This document shows positions 60,720-64,000 of a stretch of DNA of 64,000 nucleotides, piece by piece (the stretch's first letter is position 1; each line of letters opens with the position of its first letter). The notes under the pieces were generated by a model that worked only from the letters and a program-made list of their open reading frames with translations, was not told the origin of the DNA and searched no databases. The stretch is taken from NCBI RefSeq assembly GCF_009914755.1, contig NC_060935.1. The stretch is one strand, 5' to 3'. Position numbers and translations under genes: made by a program. The stretch is from the human T2T-CHM13v2.0 reference genome, Homo sapiens.

Positions 60720-63242
60720 GACCCAAATGGATTCACAGACAAATTCTACCAGCCATACGAGGAGGAGCTAGTACCAATTCTCCTGAAAGTATACTAAGCT
60801 AGCTAGCATCACCCTGATACCAAAACCCAGCACAGACACAACAAAAAAAGAAAAAAATTACAGGCCAATGCCTCCAATGTACACAAATGCAAGAAAATTA
60901 TTGACCAAAACCTTAATTCACCCTAATCAAGTAGGCCTCATTCCTGGGATGCAAGGTTGGTTCAACACATGCAAATCAATAAATGTGACTCATCACATAA
61001 AGATTATTAAAGACAAAAATTATAAGATCATCTTAATACATGCAGAAAATTTTTTCAATAAGAATCATAATCCCTTCATGATAAAAATGCTTAAGAAACC
61101 AGACATTGAAGGAGCATAACTCAAATTAATAAAAGCCATCTATGACAAATCCAAAGTGAACATTATACTGAAGGGGGTGAAACTGGAATCATTCCCTTTG
61201 AGAACTAGAACAAAACAAGGGTACTGCTCTCACCACTTCCATGCAACATATTACTGGAAGTGCTAGCCAGAGCAATAAGGCAAGAGAAAGAAATAAAAGG
61301 CATCCAAATGGGAAAAGAAGAAGTCAAACTATCTCTCTTTGCAGACAATATTATTGTATACTTCAAAAACCTTGCAGACTCCACTAAAAGGCTCCTGGAT
61401 AACAACTTCAATAAAGTTTCAAGATACAAAATCAATATACAAAAATCAGTAGCATTTCTATATGCCAATAACATTCAAACTGAGAGCCAAATAAAGAATG
61501 CAATCCCATGTACAGTAGCCACAAAACAAATACCTAGGAATACAACTAATCAAAGAGGTAAAAGATATCTACAAGGAGCACTACAAAACACTGATAAATC
61601 AGAGATGACACAGAAAAATGGAAAAATATTCCACGCATATGGATTGGAAGAATCAATATCTTTAAAATGGCCATACTGCCTAAAGCCAAAATCACCATAC
61701 TGCCCAAAGTACAGAGGCATTGCTATTGCTTTCAAAGTGCCAACATCATTTTTTACAGAACTAATTAAAAAAAGCTATAAAATTCATTTGGAATCAAAAA
61801 AGTGCTGAAATAGACAAACCAAACCTAAGCAATAAGAACAAAGCCAGAGGCATCAAATTACCCAACTTCAAAGTATACTGTAAGGCTACAGTAACAAAAA
61901 CAGCATGGCAGTGGTCCAAAAACAGACACATAGACCAGTGGAATAGAATAGAGAAGCCAGAAATAAGTCTGCACACCTACAGCCACCTGATCTTCAACAA
62001 TGTTGACAAAAATAGGTAACGTGGAAAGGGTTCCCTATTCAATAAATGCTCTGATAGCTGTCTAGCCATATGTAGAATACAACTGGAAACCTGCATTTCA
62101 CCATATACAAAAATTAACTCAAGATGGATTAAAGATTGAAATGTAAGACCTTGAGCTGTAAGAATCCTAGAAGAAAACCTAGGAAACACCATTATGGCTA
62201 TCAGCCTTGGGAAATAATTTATGAAAAAGTCCTCGAAGCACTGCAATAAAAACAAAAATTGACCAGTGGGACCTAATTAAAGAGTGTCTGCACAACAAAA
62301 TTAACTATCAACAGAGTACACAGACAACATACAGAATGGGAGAAAATGTTTAAAACTACACATCCAAAAAAGGTCTAATATCCAGAATCTATTAGGAATT
62401 TAACTACTGAACAAGAAATAAGGAGCCCCATTAAAAATAGGCAAAAAAACATGGACATTTCTCAAAGAAGACATTCAAACAGCCAAAAAGCAGAAAAAAT
62501 TCCCTCACATCACTAATCAGAGAAACGCAAATCAAAACCACATTGAAATACTATCTCATACCAGTCAGAATGGCAATCATGAAAAAATTTAAAAACAATA
62601 ATTGTTGGTGAGGCTGTAGAGAAAAGGGAAGGCTTATAATACTGTTGGTGGAAAGCAGTTTGGAGATTTCTCAAAGAACTTAGAACTATAATTCAACCCA
62701 GCAATCCCATTACTGGGTATACATCCAATACTAAATAAATTGTTCTACCCGACCAAAAAGACACATGCACTCACCTGTTTAGCACAGAACTATCCACAAT
62801 AGCAAAGACATGAAATCAACCTAGATGCCCATCAATGGTGGACTAGATAAAGAAAATGTTGTACATATACACCATTGAATACAACATCACCATAAAAAAG
62901 AATGAAATCATGTCCTTTGCAGCAACATGGTGCAGGTGGAGACCATCGTCCTATGTGAATTAACGCAGGAACAGAAAAACAAATACCACATATTCTCACC
63001 CATAAATAGAAGCTAAACATTGAGTACTCATGGACCAAAGATGACAACAATAGAAACTGGAGACTACTAGAGGAAGGAAGGAAAGGGCAAGTGTTGAAAA
63101 ACTAACCATTGGATACTGTACTCAGTACCTGGTGATGGGATCATTCATACCTCACCTCAAACCTCAGTGTCACACAATATACCCAAATAACAAACCTGAC
63201 ACATTCATTCTGAATCTAAAATAAAGTTGAAAAAAAGAAAAA
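60720..63242 (+). mobile_element. 5'-truncated L1PA16-like LINE (RT to 3'UTR)
   Basis: ORF2 remnants [13 protein letters not shown] and [22 protein letters not shown]; 3' end gttgaaaaactaacca..ctcagtacctgg..ctgaatctaaaataaag. Confidence 0.9.
61260..61530 (+). pseudogene. L1 ORF2 reverse-transcriptase fragment, catalytically dead
   Basis: The FADD motif reads FADN, and the frame shifts out of ORF2 after about KNAIP.TVATK. Confidence 0.85.
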
Positions 63243-64000
63243 TTCCATTTTATAGACATATTAAATATGTTTATTCATCTGTTCATGGACATTTGAGTTG
63301 TTTCTACTTTTTCACTATTGTTAATAGTGGTCTTATAAATCTCCATGTACTAACGTTTGTTTTAATGCCTGCTTTCAGTTCTCTTGGACATATTTCTAGA
63401 AGAGAAATTTTGAACTTACGTGTTAATTCTATGTTTAACTTATTAAGAAACCACCAGGTTCAGGCCGGGTGGCTCACACCTGTAATCCCAGCATTTTGGG
63501 ATACCGAAGAAGGCAAATTGCATGAGCCCAGGGGTTCAAGACCAGCCTGGGCAACATAATGAAACATCCTCTCTACTAACAATATAATATAAAAATTGAC
63601 CACGCGTGGCGGCATGTGCCTGTAGTTCCAGCTACTCCAGAGGCTGAGGTAGGAGGATGACCTGAGCCTAGGAAGTCAAAGCTGCAGTGAGCTATTTTTT
63701 TGCCATTCCACTCCAGCCTGGATGACAGGAGTGAGACTCTTTCTAAAAAAAAGAAAGAAAAGAAAAAAAAGCCACCAAACTGTTTTTAAAGTGGCTGCAC
63801 CATTATTTTGCTTTCCTACCAGCAAGATATGAATGTCCCAATTTCCACATGTCCTCGCCAATATTTGATATTTTCCAATTTAAAAAAATTTAGCCATCCT
63901 AATAACTGTAAAGTGGTGTAATAGTGTGTTATTAATTTGCATTTTCCTGCTGACTAATGGCATTGAGCATATTTTCATATGCTTTTTGGTCATTTGTATA
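63243..64000 (-). mobile_element. L1MB-like fragment
   Basis: atggacatttgagttgtttctac..aattctatgtttaac..caaactgtttt..agtggctgcacca..tagccatcctaat. Confidence 0.8.
63457..63770 (+). mobile_element. AluJ
   Basis: gagcccagg..gcctgggcaacata, ggaggatgacctgagcc. TSD aagaaaccacca / aaaaagccacca. Confidence 0.92.

Noticed and set aside
61260-61808. Longest ORF (182 aa) as a gene
   Set aside because: L1 ORF2 fragment with a non-ATG start, FADD changed to FADN, and a frameshifted second half.

Overview
AT-rich, gene-poor primate genomic DNA, probably human or great ape given the AluY copies. It is dominated by interspersed repeats. I see no protein-coding gene, RNA gene, CpG island or CRISPR array; the listed ORFs are Alu, L1, LTR or simple-repeat artefacts. 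Content: 17 Alus (J/S/Y), a full-length L1MA2-like element with a recognisable TSD, several other L1s (L1PA13/16, L1MA, L1MB, L1MC1, L1ME), two decayed ERV-L proviruses, MaLR LTRs (THE1, MLT1, MST), ERV1 solo LTRs (MER31-, MER39-, MER61-like), L2/MIR, and Tigger4b/MER81. Subfamily names come from my recall of consensus sequences and need RepeatMasker/Dfam confirmation; old-repeat boundaries are approximate. Most notable: (1) a ~1.2 kb array of ~22 x 54-bp units, each built from two palindromes, splitting an L1MC1 3' end, SATR-like, polarised and stop-free on both strands; (2) a 182-bp, 98%-identical templated copy of part of an old LTR placed 1464 bp away; (3) a template-switch hairpin inside an MLT1B LTR; (4) an ERV-L provirus whose pol is inverted relative to gag; (5) an Alu with only the first four AluYb8 diagnostics and an AluS/AluY chimera. 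I cannot support a new gene-based system here.
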